From Corallochytrium limacisporum Hawaii (Eukaryota > Protista > Pluriformea), in the NCBI GenBank assembly GCA_002811645.1, contig PDIP01000046.1, positions 97,340-143,511 on the forward strand: a stretch of 46,172 nt of DNA, given 5' to 3'. The notes beneath the pieces were generated by a model, which was not told the origin of the DNA, did no database searches, and saw nothing but the letters and a program-made list of their open reading frames with translations. Positions within the stretch are counted from its first letter, which is position 1, and each line of letters opens with the position of its first letter. A program made the translations under genes and the position numbers. Shown one piece after another: positions 1 to 11,855 of this stretch.

Positions 1-2563
1 TTCGAACGAAAATTTTGGTTGGATACGGAGTATACATTCAACTCAGAGGATAGTATCAAACAAAAACACATAAAAAAGAAAAGAGAAAGGAAAATGTTGC
101 CCTCAAAGGGAGAGAGACAAGGCAAGAAGGGGGGGGGGGGGAAGATCGCCGAAAAGGGAGAAAAATAACAAACTGAACACAAAATCGTCGGTGTTTGGGT
201 ATTGTTTTGGGGCCGTTTAAGGAACTCGCGCGCTTTCGTGCTGTGGAAAAAGAAATAGGGGGAGACACCGGGGGAAGGGGGGGGGGAAGACGGGGAGAGA
301 CGGCGGATTAGAGAGACATAATCTCTTCGCAACTTGGTGGGTGGGAGACGAGGGGAACAAAGAAAGTGTGGTTGGTTGGTTGGTGTGTGTGTGTGTGGGG
401 GGGGAGGGTTTGGAGCAGCGCGCGCTGGCCGTTCTGGCTGCAAGTTTTTTGTTTTTTTTTTGGTTTTACTATTTCTTTTAAAAATTTGGAGAGCCTTGTT
501 TTTTGTTGGTTGTGAGGGAGGTTTGTGTGTTTTCGCAGAGGTGGTTGGTACTCACGATGCGGTCGGTAGTACTGCGGTCTTCGTGACTGGTGGTGGGGAC
601 GGCTCCGAGCGGCCAATTACTTAATCCCGTTCGTCGTTGGTGTCCATGCATGGTGTATCGTTGACTATTTTATGGGGTTTGCTTTAAATGTACAGAGACA
701 TTCACACCATGATGGTGAAGATACATATAAGACCAAAGCAACACCGAACCGCTGCCAGACTTCGCGCAGATAATGATAGGCGATGATGACGACGCTGATG
801 ATTACTGATGATGCTGTATGATTTGTGAAGCAAACCACTTGACCAAGTAAAACACCGCCAAGCAACCACGAACTGTATATCGTCGATACGACAGACGCAT
901 GAATGCGATATCAGTCGTTCGTCTTCTTGGGGTTTCCCATGAAACCAAATTCAGAGTCTCACCACTGCTGCCGTGGGTGTTCCTTTACTGCTGTCCGTTT
1001 TTCGGCATGGCACCAAACAAAGACCTTGCACCTCATTACCACGTCTCTCGCTCCCACAAACACGACAGCAAACATCTATCAACATGCTGAATGTGATGTC
1101 TCGGTCAGAGAGAGGGAGAGTGTGTGTGTGTGAGCGAGCGAATCTAGCCATTGGTCGCCTGAAGAGTCCGCGCTTCCGTGAGCGGACGCACACATGTAGC
1201 TCTGCCACGGTCCGCATCCTACAATCAAACGAGCGTTGCTCGCATCCCATCCAAAGTTAGATGTGCAGTTGGGTCGGGTACCAGGAGTATGCGATTGGTG
1301 GAGACCTCCCGAAGCACGGCTCTCGCCCCGCTGGATTTCTGGCGCGTTTCGAAGTGTTGAGTTTTGAATCTCATGCGCCTGGCTTTGGCTTGTGGCTTGG
1401 GTGGTTGCTTCACGGTTAGCTGCCCCCTCCCCCTTGTGCACTACAATCAGTGGATTCCTCGGGTTTAACGATCGCAAACATTGTAGATCATGCATGATTC
1501 CTTTGGGGCCAGGGTTGGTTAGCAGCGGTGGTGGGACTGTGGTTCCTGCCTGTTTTTTTTTTTGCGGCTTCTCGTCAACACACACGCGACGGTGGCGATA
1601 CGGTCAAATCCTTGCTGCTGGGCGCCGCCAGCTGGGTGCTCTCCCCCCCCCCCCCCGGGGGCGTACACTTTCGCGTCGTTGTAGATCGATCATAAACCTG
1701 GGCGGTGGCAGACAAAAGACGATGGCCAAAAAGCTACACCCCCCCCCCCCAGAACCAGTGCGCCCAGTCGGTTTCTTCCTTTTGTTTTTCTTTGGGCCCG
1801 TGGTGCGTTGTCGTGTGTATGAACGTGTCATGTTTCCCTACGCGGCGGAGAAGGACGACGCACAGGACGAGAATTATTCGAAGCCTTGAGGTGTGGTGGC
1901 CTGGCTGGCTTGCAAGGGGAGGTGGCCGGCGGTGCGTGCACATCATCGCCTGGCTACTGCCTGTTTTCTTTTCTTGTTTTTTTCTGTGTTGCTCCGGTTT
2001 TCCGTATTTTTTTTTCTTGTGGTGGCGCGTTTCACCCGAAGATAGTTAATAAAACAAGAAGGAAAAAAAAGAAAAAAAAACGAAAGGAAAAGAAAGGAAG
2101 AGAGAAGACGCCCCCCTTCTCTCTCCCTCTCTCTCTCTGTGTGCCCCTCTTCCCCTCCCCTCCTCCCGTCTCCTTCCCGTCTCACTTCTCGGCCCGCTGG
2201 GTGGTCTCCCAAAGCCACCGGGCCCCCCCCCCGGGGGAGAGGGACAGGGCATACACCCCCTCCCCTGCGCCTTCCAATCGCACGGCTTCCCTCACACACC
2301 CCCCCCCCCGGGGCGGTGAAAAATCACGGGTGTTTTTCTCTCTTTTTCTTTTTCTTCCTCCCTTTCTTCACGTTTCTTCCGTCCGTCCGTCCGTCGTGTC
2401 CAACTGGCTTTTGGGGGGGGGGGGAGTGTGTGTGTGTGTGTCGAGGGCCCGCCCCCTCCCTGGGTTTCTGTTTGACTCGGGTAGGTCACTCATTTCTCTC
2501 TGTGTACGTGTGCGTGTGTGTGGGGTGGCAGGCAGGCAGGCTGGCTCTTGCTGCTGACGCGGT

Positions 2564-2602
2564 GCTGCTGCTGCTGCTGCTGCTGCGCGTGTGTGTGTGT
2601 GT
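2564..2602. repeat. (CTG)n followed by (GT)n simple repeat upstream of glutamine synthetase
   Basis: Read directly from the sequence. Confidence 0.88.
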
Positions 2603-3143
2603 GGCACTCTTTTTATTTTTTTCTTTTCTTTTTGGTTTTGATCCTGGCGCGTATGCAAATCGCCGCAATGGAGGAGGAGGGAGGGGGGCGCTTTGTCGGA
2701 AAGCGAAGTCAAGGAAAAAGTCAAACACGCCCACAGCGCACAATGGGAGGCGCGCGCGTTTGTTGTGGATCTCTCTGGCCTTTTGCCTATCTTTAGCTGG
2801 GTTCACTCAGTCAGTTACAGTTTGTTATTCTGAAGAAGGAAGGTAGCAGGAACTGCTGGCGGTGTTTTGCGTGCTCCACGGAAGAATGGATGACACAGGA
2901 GCTTTAGCAGGAGAAACTGAAAACACCAAGCCACACCAAGTCGTCGCTGTTGGACGGATGGATGCAAGAGAAGACGTTGCAACATTGTGACCAGCAGTAA
3001 ACACCTAAAGCACAGCCCAAGCGTACTACCAATCTATTTAAGGACACAGTCAGTATGAATACACAGTGCGATCTGCCCAGGATGTTCAATTGGAAAAATA
3101 CCATTTTGTTGTTCTTTTTCTAAGTTAAATCTCACCTTTCAAC

Positions 3144-4214
3144 ATGTGTGACAAGCCCCTTCTTCGCCGCTACCTCGAGATGGTTTCTCAGCCGGAGGGC
3201 ACCATCCAGGCCTGCTACATTTGGATCGACGGTACCAAGCAGAACGTGCGCGCCAAGACCCGCACGCTGACCAAGATCCCTAAGGGCCCCGAAGAGCTCC
3301 CAGTGTGGAACTTTGACGGTTCCTCCACCGGTCAGGCCCCTGGACACGACTCCGATGTCCTGCTGAAGCCTGCTGCCATCTTCAAAGACCCCTTCCGTGG
3401 CGGTGACAACATTCTGGTCATCTGCGAGACCCTGTCCAACGATGGCTCTCCCCATCCCACCAACATGCGCTACGCCGCCAAGGCCGCTTTCGACCAGAAG
3501 CTCGATGAGGTGCCCTGGTTCGGTATGGAGCAGGAGTACACTATCCTCGATATGGACGGCTACGTGTACGGCTGGCCCAAGGGTGGCTACCCCGCTCCCC
3601 AGGGCCCTTACTACTGCGGTATCGGTGCCGACAAGCAGTACGGTCGCGATCTGGTTGAGGCCCACTACCGCTGCTGCCTGTACGCTGGTGTGAAGATTGC
3701 AGGTATCAACGCTGAGGTCATGCCTGCCCAGTGGGAGTTCCAGGTGGGCCCCTGCGTCGGCATTGAGATGGGCGACCACCTCACCTGCGCTCGTTTCATC
3801 ATGCACCGTCTGGCTGAGGAGTTCCGCGTGATTGTTTCCTTCGACCCTAAGCCCATGCCCGGTGACTGGAACGGTGCTGGCTGCCACACCAACTACTCTA
3901 CCCAGGCCATGCGCGATGCCGGTGGCTTGAAGGTCATTGAGGCCGCCATTAAGAAGCTGGAGGCCAAGCACCACGAGCACATCCAGGTCTACGACCCCAG
4001 CGGTGGTGTCGACAACGCCCGTCGTCTGACTGGTCAGCACGAGACTGCTTCCATCGACAAGTTCTCCTACGGTGTCGCCAACCGGGGTTCTTCCGTGCGC
4101 ATTCCCCGCCACGTCGCCGAGGAGCAGTGCGGTTACCTTGAGGACCGCCGTCCCTCTTCCAACTGTGACCCTTACGTCGTCACTGGCAAGATCTTCTCCA
4201 CCACCTGCCTGTAA
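3144..4214 (+). CDS. GLUL: Glutamine synthetase, type II (eukaryotic)
   Basis: 356 aa ORF with GSII motifs [65 protein letters not shown] and YLEDRRP. Strong C/T-ending codon bias. Start context ttcaacATG. Confidence 0.98.
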   Translation: MCDKPLLRRYLEMVSQPEGTIQACYIWIDGTKQNVRAKTRTLTKIPKGPEELPVWNFDGSSTGQAPGHDSDVLLKPAAIFKDPFRGGDNILVICETLSNDGSPHPTNMRYAAKAAFDQKLDEVPWFGMEQEYTILDMDGYVYGWPKGGYPAPQGPYYCGIGADKQYGRDLVEAHYRCCLYAGVKIAGINAEVMPAQWEFQVGPCVGIEMGDHLTCARFIMHRLAEEFRVIVSFDPKPMPGDWNGAGCHTNYSTQAMRDAGGLKVIEAAIKKLEAKHHEHIQVYDPSGGVDNARRLTGQHETASIDKFSYGVANRGSSVRIPRHVAEEQCGYLEDRRPSSNCDPYVVTGKIFSTTCL

Positions 4215-4784
4215 GGTTGTGCATGGTTTCCATCATTTCGGCGGTCCCACCAACAGCAGCAGCAGCTTCTTCTTGGTCATGGGTATTATGACTTGATTTT
4301 CACATATCCTGAGTGGCTGTTCTGTCCGCTCTCTCTTTGTGCTGTCCTCAACTCCACTTCCTAGTGTCAGTGTTTTCCTTTTCGGTTCGGTTTGGGTTAT
4401 CAACAATGGCTTTTTGAAGGCGGACTTGAATTCGGGGATGCAAGTGACAAAAAAAGAGACAAGAGCACAGGCGGAAGCGGCCAGAAGGAGCGCCTCTCTG
4501 GCGTTGAACAAGATCAGTTGTCGTCCTTTTTTTTAGAGTCCTTGTCGAGACAAAACACAGCCCTCGTTTTTGAATATTTGTAACATCATCGTGAAAAAGA
4601 ACATCAATTAAAAGGAGTACCGCACACATTGCTTCTTTTTGCTCACACACAACATTACAAAGCATCATAGCATTCTCGAAGATATACTAGACCTGATACA
4701 AAACAAAACGGGGAACCATCTGTCGACTCCTGTATTTGTTGCAAAGGACTTGATCTCTTGTCCTCCGTCTTCCTCTCATATACG

Positions 4785-7700
4785 TCAGTGCGATGTACTC
4801 GATTCCAGAGCACCAGCCACGTCGCAGACCACGAGTCCGGGATGGTCGTACATGGTTAACGCTGCCTGGCTCGCATCGTTGACGAACGCGACGCCGCAGA
4901 TCTGCTGGTTGCGCATCTGGAACCCCTTCTTGAGCTCCACTGGACCGTCTAAGCGGCCGTCGTCACCGATGTTTGGGATCTTCCAGAGTCGGAAGAACGC
5001 ATCGTCGCTTACGCTGCCCAGCAGCCTCTTGCGCCGGTCATAGTCGATGGCATTGATCCAACGTCGATGTGCACGTATCTCGGCCAGAACCTTGCCGTGG
5101 TGCAGACCGTAGAGCACAATCTTTCCATTGCCAAAGGCCGCGAAAATAATTTCGTTGCTGAGTCGTACCGAGGTTGAAGGGACACCAGCTCCCTGGATGG
5201 TGAATCGCGGACGCATGGTGGTCATGTCCCAGACCACAATATCTCCGTTGTCGTCACAGCTAACAATGATGCCTAAATGACTGTTGCTGCTCAGATCACA
5301 CACGGCGTGGCTGTGAGCAGTCAGGTCCGTCTCGTACACGACCGTCTCCTGGCGACAGTTGAAGACGGTGAGGGATCCAAACGACGTGCCAACCACAATG
5401 AAAGACTTACGCATCGGCAAGATCTTCACACAGCAAATTCCGCGCGCGAACCGCGGATTCGAAGGCAGTCCAGGCAGTCGATACCGCAGGAGGGATAGAA
5501 TGCCTGCACCCTCGTAGATGTGCACCCCGTCTGTTGTGGCAAGCACAAAGACATGTTGGAACCCAGTAAACACAATTGCCACGCTAACAATAGGATCGTT
5601 GTCCTTGTAGGCAATGCGATAGGTGTCACCGGAGTGTAGCTTGACCACACACGCATTGGTACCCTTGGAGAAGGCGAGATAGTTCTTGTTTCGAGACGGG
5701 TTCTGTAGCACAGATAGATTGTTGTAGAGCAGTGCGGGGCCTTCCTTGATCGGCATCTCACTGACCAGTCCAGCCGTCGCGGCGGACATTGCGTTGGTGT
5801 TCGTCGACTCACTGCCCGCCTCGCTATATGTGTCTTTAGAACTGTAGTGATTTCCCTTCTTGTGTGGACCCAAAGGTTCCAGCTCGCTGGTCATCGATAT
5901 GCTCCCGGAGCCCATGCCTTGGCTACTCTGCTGTGATAGGGTATTGGTGCTGCCCGGTGTGATCTCAATCTTAGGCATGCGATCTGACCCTAACTCTCCG
6001 CTGCCGTTTGCGGGTTCCGTTGCCCGCGCTGCTTCGATCATCACCTGGACGGCAATGTTGGAGTGTGCGCTGTCAATACTGCTGCCCAAGGGGAACTGAT
6101 GCTCCGACACGCGCGACGGTGTGTTGCTGGCCGAGGACATGGCACTAAGGGGCAGGCCAGTGACGCTGCCACCAGCATCGTGGGTCGGAGTCATACCACC
6201 AACTTCCCTATGGATATGACTACCGGGACTTTGGCGGCTTCGGGCAGATAGGGGCACTGTGATGTCACTACTACCAACTGATCCCGCTCCGTGACTCATA
6301 GAGGTCATGCTCGACATACAATCGAACTCTAGGTCGTGCGTTTGGCGCCGCGGGGTGGTTGTGTTGCTGCGGGGAGTGCCCGAAAGGCTGTCCCCATCCG
6401 CGAAATGGTGGTAAGAGTGCTGTCCGAGACTCTCCGCTTCGTACATATCCCGGGAAGGATCGTGCACGAACGAAGGTATGCTCGGAGTTTGCAGAATCTT
6501 ACCTAGCTGCCCACCAGACATGCTCGCACCGCTTAATGTTCGCAGGTCATCCGCAATTTGCAAGGGTGAGTCAAGACTATGACCACCATGACCACCTCCA
6601 CTACGTCCAGCTCGTCCGCTGTTCATGTCCCCTCCGCTGCTCTCCAGCATCTCGGCTCGCATATGCGGCGGAATGTTGGAGAAAATCGCGGAATGGGTGC
6701 CATGGGGACCACTTCCGCCAAATTCCTGCAGAGATTCGCTAGAAGGAAAGCCCATATCCGCGTTGCGGGGTATGGCGCTTGCATTGTTCGGCAGCCGTCC
6801 CACCGACTTCAAACCCGGATGTCGTACCACACTACCAAGTTCAACACTCGGTGGCGTCTTTTCGTGTTCGCCCGCGGTGTCCCGTGGTGTCGTGTCGAGG
6901 TCGCTGGCACTAATGGTAGTGTTGTTGCTAGTATTGACGTCAGTTGCCTTCAGGGTGCTGTCCCTGCGGTGACCTTGGAGCTGGTATGCACCTGGTTGTT
7001 CTGACCTATCCGGGGTGACTATCGGGCTCTCAAAGGTCTCGGAAGTGCCCATGTCCCAGTCACCCATCAGTCGCGGACCGGCGGAAGCGCGTCTGGCATC
7101 CTTGATCATTTGTTCCCGCTGCTGCCGTTCGTAGTAAGGGGGTGGCATGCGCACACCCGTTAGTGATGTCTGCTGCATCCGCCGTTCTGCTAAACTGAAA
7201 CCCGTGTTGTTCGATTGCATTTCAACACTATCATTGCTCACCACCACGGTGTCCCCGCTTTCCACCATTCCCATCAGGGCATCCGGTTCTGATTGGCGGC
7301 GCGAGCTCGACACACTCGCTCCAGACAGGCGCAAGTCGTTCGAATATGCACCGTAACCACCACCCAGGACATCATAGCTGCCGCCCCGGCGATGGTAAGC
7401 TAGGACGCGAGGTGCTCGGTCGGCCTTCTGCCGGCGTGCGTCTGTTATGGCTCCGAACTTGACTTCTCGCGGCGGATTGCTTTCAATGTCTGCGTCTTTC
7501 AGTAGATCCGAGCGTGCACTGATTCTGCTTGGAGAGCGGTAGGCGTTCAAAGACGAACCGTCACTCATTTTCGCTGAACTGGTGCTCTGGACATCTGGGC
7601 TCCGCACCGGAGTTATGGGTGCATCGGTCGAAGAAGCAGCCAAACCGTTGCCACCCGGACTGCTTGCAGCCGTTTCCGTCCCTCCCTTTATACTAGTCTG

Positions 7701-7913
7701 TGTGGACGAACGTTGCGATCCAGGATCTCCCCGGGGAGTTGTGTAAGTTGACGACGATTTTGTTCCGCCTGATGACACACTAGATCGCGTCCCCGCTTTT
7801 AACTTCTGGAAAAGCTTTTGTCCCTTACTTTTCTTTGCCTTTGGCGTGCTATTGCCATCACTGCGGTTGTCTGGCACCGGTGTCTTGACTTTGTCTTCCT
7901 TTGTTTTAAACAT
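4785..7913 (-). CDS. WDR54-like WD40-repeat protein with a ~720 aa Ser/Gly-rich disordered N-terminal extension
   Basis: 1042 aa ORF. The C-terminal ~320 aa begin PALLYNNLSVL (resembles the WDR54 N-terminus) and contain FARGI, IVVWD, GVPSTSV, AEIRAHRRWINAID and SVSDDAFFRLW. The N-terminal part is low complexity. Confidence 0.8.
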   Translation of the reverse strand: MFKTKEDKVKTPVPDNRSDGNSTPKAKKSKGQKLFQKLKAGTRSSVSSGGTKSSSTYTTPRGDPGSQRSSTQTSIKGGTETAASSPGGNGLAASSTDAPITPVRSPDVQSTSSAKMSDGSSLNAYRSPSRISARSDLLKDADIESNPPREVKFGAITDARRQKADRAPRVLAYHRRGGSYDVLGGGYGAYSNDLRLSGASVSSSRRQSEPDALMGMVESGDTVVVSNDSVEMQSNNTGFSLAERRMQQTSLTGVRMPPPYYERQQREQMIKDARRASAGPRLMGDWDMGTSETFESPIVTPDRSEQPGAYQLQGHRRDSTLKATDVNTSNNTTISASDLDTTPRDTAGEHEKTPPSVELGSVVRHPGLKSVGRLPNNASAIPRNADMGFPSSESLQEFGGSGPHGTHSAIFSNIPPHMRAEMLESSGGDMNSGRAGRSGGGHGGHSLDSPLQIADDLRTLSGASMSGGQLGKILQTPSIPSFVHDPSRDMYEAESLGQHSYHHFADGDSLSGTPRSNTTTPRRQTHDLEFDCMSSMTSMSHGAGSVGSSDITVPLSARSRQSPGSHIHREVGGMTPTHDAGGSVTGLPLSAMSSASNTPSRVSEHQFPLGSSIDSAHSNIAVQVMIEAARATEPANGSGELGSDRMPKIEITPGSTNTLSQQSSQGMGSGSISMTSELEPLGPHKKGNHYSSKDTYSEAGSESTNTNAMSAATAGLVSEMPIKEGPALLYNNLSVLQNPSRNKNYLAFSKGTNACVVKLHSGDTYRIAYKDNDPIVSVAIVFTGFQHVFVLATTDGVHIYEGAGILSLLRYRLPGLPSNPRFARGICCVKILPMRKSFIVVGTSFGSLTVFNCRQETVVYETDLTAHSHAVCDLSSNSHLGIIVSCDDNGDIVVWDMTTMRPRFTIQGAGVPSTSVRLSNEIIFAAFGNGKIVLYGLHHGKVLAEIRAHRRWINAIDYDRRKRLLGSVSDDAFFRLWKIPNIGDDGRLDGPVELKKGFQMRNQQICGVAFVNDASQAALTMYDHPGLVVCDVAGALESSTSH

Positions 7914-9047
7914 GGTTGACCTGAATTAAACGATAATCTGACTAAAAACTAAAACATACTCTTGGTCGTATGGTGAGGCATTTGTATGAACTAACGCGCC
8001 TTATCACTGCTATGCATTGTGGCCGTCCGTACGACGTCAAATTACGCACGTACTAATGGCTTTTCTCTACATGTTACGATAATTACCGTCATGTTGCTGA
8101 TTGCAGTTGTGTCCTGTTTCCTTTCCCACAAGCCAGTTCTTCGCGAACAGTGAACGTTTGAACGCGCTTATGTTCGTGGAAAAGCGTCCAAACGCAAACA
8201 AACCTGAAATACCGGGATCTTTGTCCAAAAATATTAGATTCCGTATTACTATCACCCATTCAATCATATTGGGGATACAAAGGCAAGATATCGATGACAC
8301 ATAGCCACAAAACTGCAATTCCCAAGGAAAACAATTTGACAAAGGAAAATATCTCGCGCGCTGCTTAGCCCCTTATTGTTTTGGCAGCGGATACGGACGC
8401 TGGTCTCTCCCTCACTCAGCTCTCCTGACGCCCGCGCCCAAGTCTGGCCAGGGAAGAAGGTGTTTGTTGGGGAAACACTCGGCCACGCCTCTTCGAGACC
8501 CCCTCCCCCCGGCCCTGGCTGCAGTATAAGATGTACGCGATTTTTTCACTCTCTCAATTTTTTGGCTCCCCTTGTAAGACTATCGCGTTGTGTGCCCCGG
8601 GGGGGGGCTCAGATGAAGGATGTGAAACGACGGGGCTGGTTGGGTGGTGGGACGGTTTGGGCATCTAAAGCCAGTGAGAGTGGGAAGAGAGGGCAGCCAG
8701 GAAAAAGGGACTCCCGTCAAGGGACCGTTTCCCTCGGGGGGCCACTACCGGGGGAGGGTGTTCCTCGCTCCCCATGGGGTCGCCACGGAAGAGCCTTCGG
8801 ACGACTACCCGGATCAACGGGTGAAGCGCTGGCGTGAGCGACGACAGTGTGGCATGTGATGAACCAATTTCTTCATCCGAATGTAGTGGTGAGGACTATG
8901 ACAATACGTGAATTATGGAGAACTTGGTATTAAGGTTACTGGAGTGGCTCTAAAGGGTATGTATTTGGTTCTTGGTCGGTCTGCGAAGGGAAGCATCTGC
9001 GGACCGTCTAAACCCATAGCACTCTGGCATGAGACTTTGTGGTACGC

Positions 9048-9788
9048 ATGATTCGAATACGGGCGCTAGTTGGTGGCCATAGGACCCGAAAAGCAGTACC
9101 TGCGGTGTTTGGGCATCGAATACGATCTCTGTCCAGTTCGAACAGCCAACCGGTGACCCTGCACGGGAAAGCCACCAATGAGGATCTCAAATCCTTCGTC
9201 CTCATTGAGGAGTTTATCTCCCCCGATGAAGAAGACGCCATCATGGCGGCCATGCGGATGAAGTTTCTCAAGATGAAGTATGAAACAAACCACTGGGATA
9301 ATGCAATCAGCAAGTATCGTGAGTTTGAGACACAGGGCTTGGAAAATTGCCCAGAATGGGACGCAGTGGTCGCGAGAGTAAGAGCGGTGCCGGAACTGAA
9401 GACATCGTTGCGTACACCGTTCAAGAGCCTTGTGCATGTACTGGACCTTGCCAAAGGTGGTTTCATTAGGCCCCATCTTGACAGTGTAAAGTTTAGTGGT
9501 GGCCACATCTGTGGGATCTGCCTGTTGGCAACACGGACGATGGTCCTCACACCACATATGGGGCATCGTGACCAGAGCGAAGCGGTCAAAAATCTGCCGA
9601 TCGACTCGGCCATCAGTGTGACCTTACCGCGCCGCAGCTTCTATGTCTTACGCGGACCGCTACGGTGGCAATGGCAGCATTCTATCAGTGATCCCGAGAT
9701 CTTTGGTGGTGACGTGTTTCCGTTGGACCGCAGGGTTAGCATTGTGATGCGCGACGAGCCTTGGCCACCAGAGGATCACCGAGAATAA
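9048..9788 (+). CDS. ALKBH7: Alpha-ketoglutarate-dependent dioxygenase AlkB homolog 7, probably mitochondrial
   Basis: HWDNAISKYRE, HVLDL, IRPHLDSVKFSG (HxD), WQHSI and RRVSIVMR motifs. Arg-rich, acid-free N-terminus resembles a presequence. First in-frame ATG is at 9048 (the ORF track starts at GTG 9039). Confidence 0.92.
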   Translation: MIRIRALVGGHRTRKAVPAVFGHRIRSLSSSNSQPVTLHGKATNEDLKSFVLIEEFISPDEEDAIMAAMRMKFLKMKYETNHWDNAISKYREFETQGLENCPEWDAVVARVRAVPELKTSLRTPFKSLVHVLDLAKGGFIRPHLDSVKFSGGHICGICLLATRTMVLTPHMGHRDQSEAVKNLPIDSAISVTLPRRSFYVLRGPLRWQWQHSISDPEIFGGDVFPLDRRVSIVMRDEPWPPEDHRE

Positions 9789-10212
9789 GAAATTGTATCA
9801 TAAAGAGTAATCGATCAATAAAGAACATACAGACAATGAAGCTATCGGAATAGTTAAACAGGAATGACTTGTTTATGATGTTGTGTTGAATTTGAATTGA
9901 TGTCTATCGCACGAACGTGAACGGTGACCAATCAAGACTAAGATACTCCCAGAATATTTGCAACAAACGGTGAAAAGTAAATAACGAACTGATAGTGCTT
10001 TGTAGGAATAAGTTGTTCCCGTGTCGCACAGGGTGTTCTAGTCCTTGGCAGTAATGGCGTCCGTGTTCAGATTGATATGTCACATGATGAGAAAGGAAGT
10101 AATGGAAACAATGCTGCAAATTGTAAAAGTTTGTCACTATCGCTCCCGAGAAAGAAAAAGAGTGGTATGGAAATGTTTGACATCTTCTTTCAAAATTCCC
10201 GAAGCCTCCAGC

Positions 10213-11601
<1,389 letters not shown>

Positions 11602-11822
11602 TTAAAAGAACCACAGGCTCAAGAGCACATGGCCGATTGTGTTTAAATACCACATGACACCACGATAATAGAGTTCACGAAACCACACCAGACGTTCTGG
11701 ACTGACATCCGTTTCGTTCAAATCAAAAATAATTAAAGCGAATGAGAAGACATAATGCAGCAACTCGGCAGACGAATGGCCGACGCAGAATGTGGACCAT
11801 ACACGCACACCTGCAACACGCT

Positions 11823-11855
11823 CACACACACACACACACACACGCACGCGCACGC
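11823..11855. repeat. (CA)n/(CACG)n microsatellite upstream of eIF4A
   Basis: Read directly from the sequence. Confidence 0.9.

Noticed and set aside
3132-4112. Long antisense ORFs over GS (also 10045-11160 over eIF4A, 34300-35112 over RPS2, 20584-21429, 25385-26254 and 29284-30195)
   Set aside because: Expected shadows of codon bias: the sense genes avoid TTA/CTA/TCA, which removes antisense stops. No recognisable domains.
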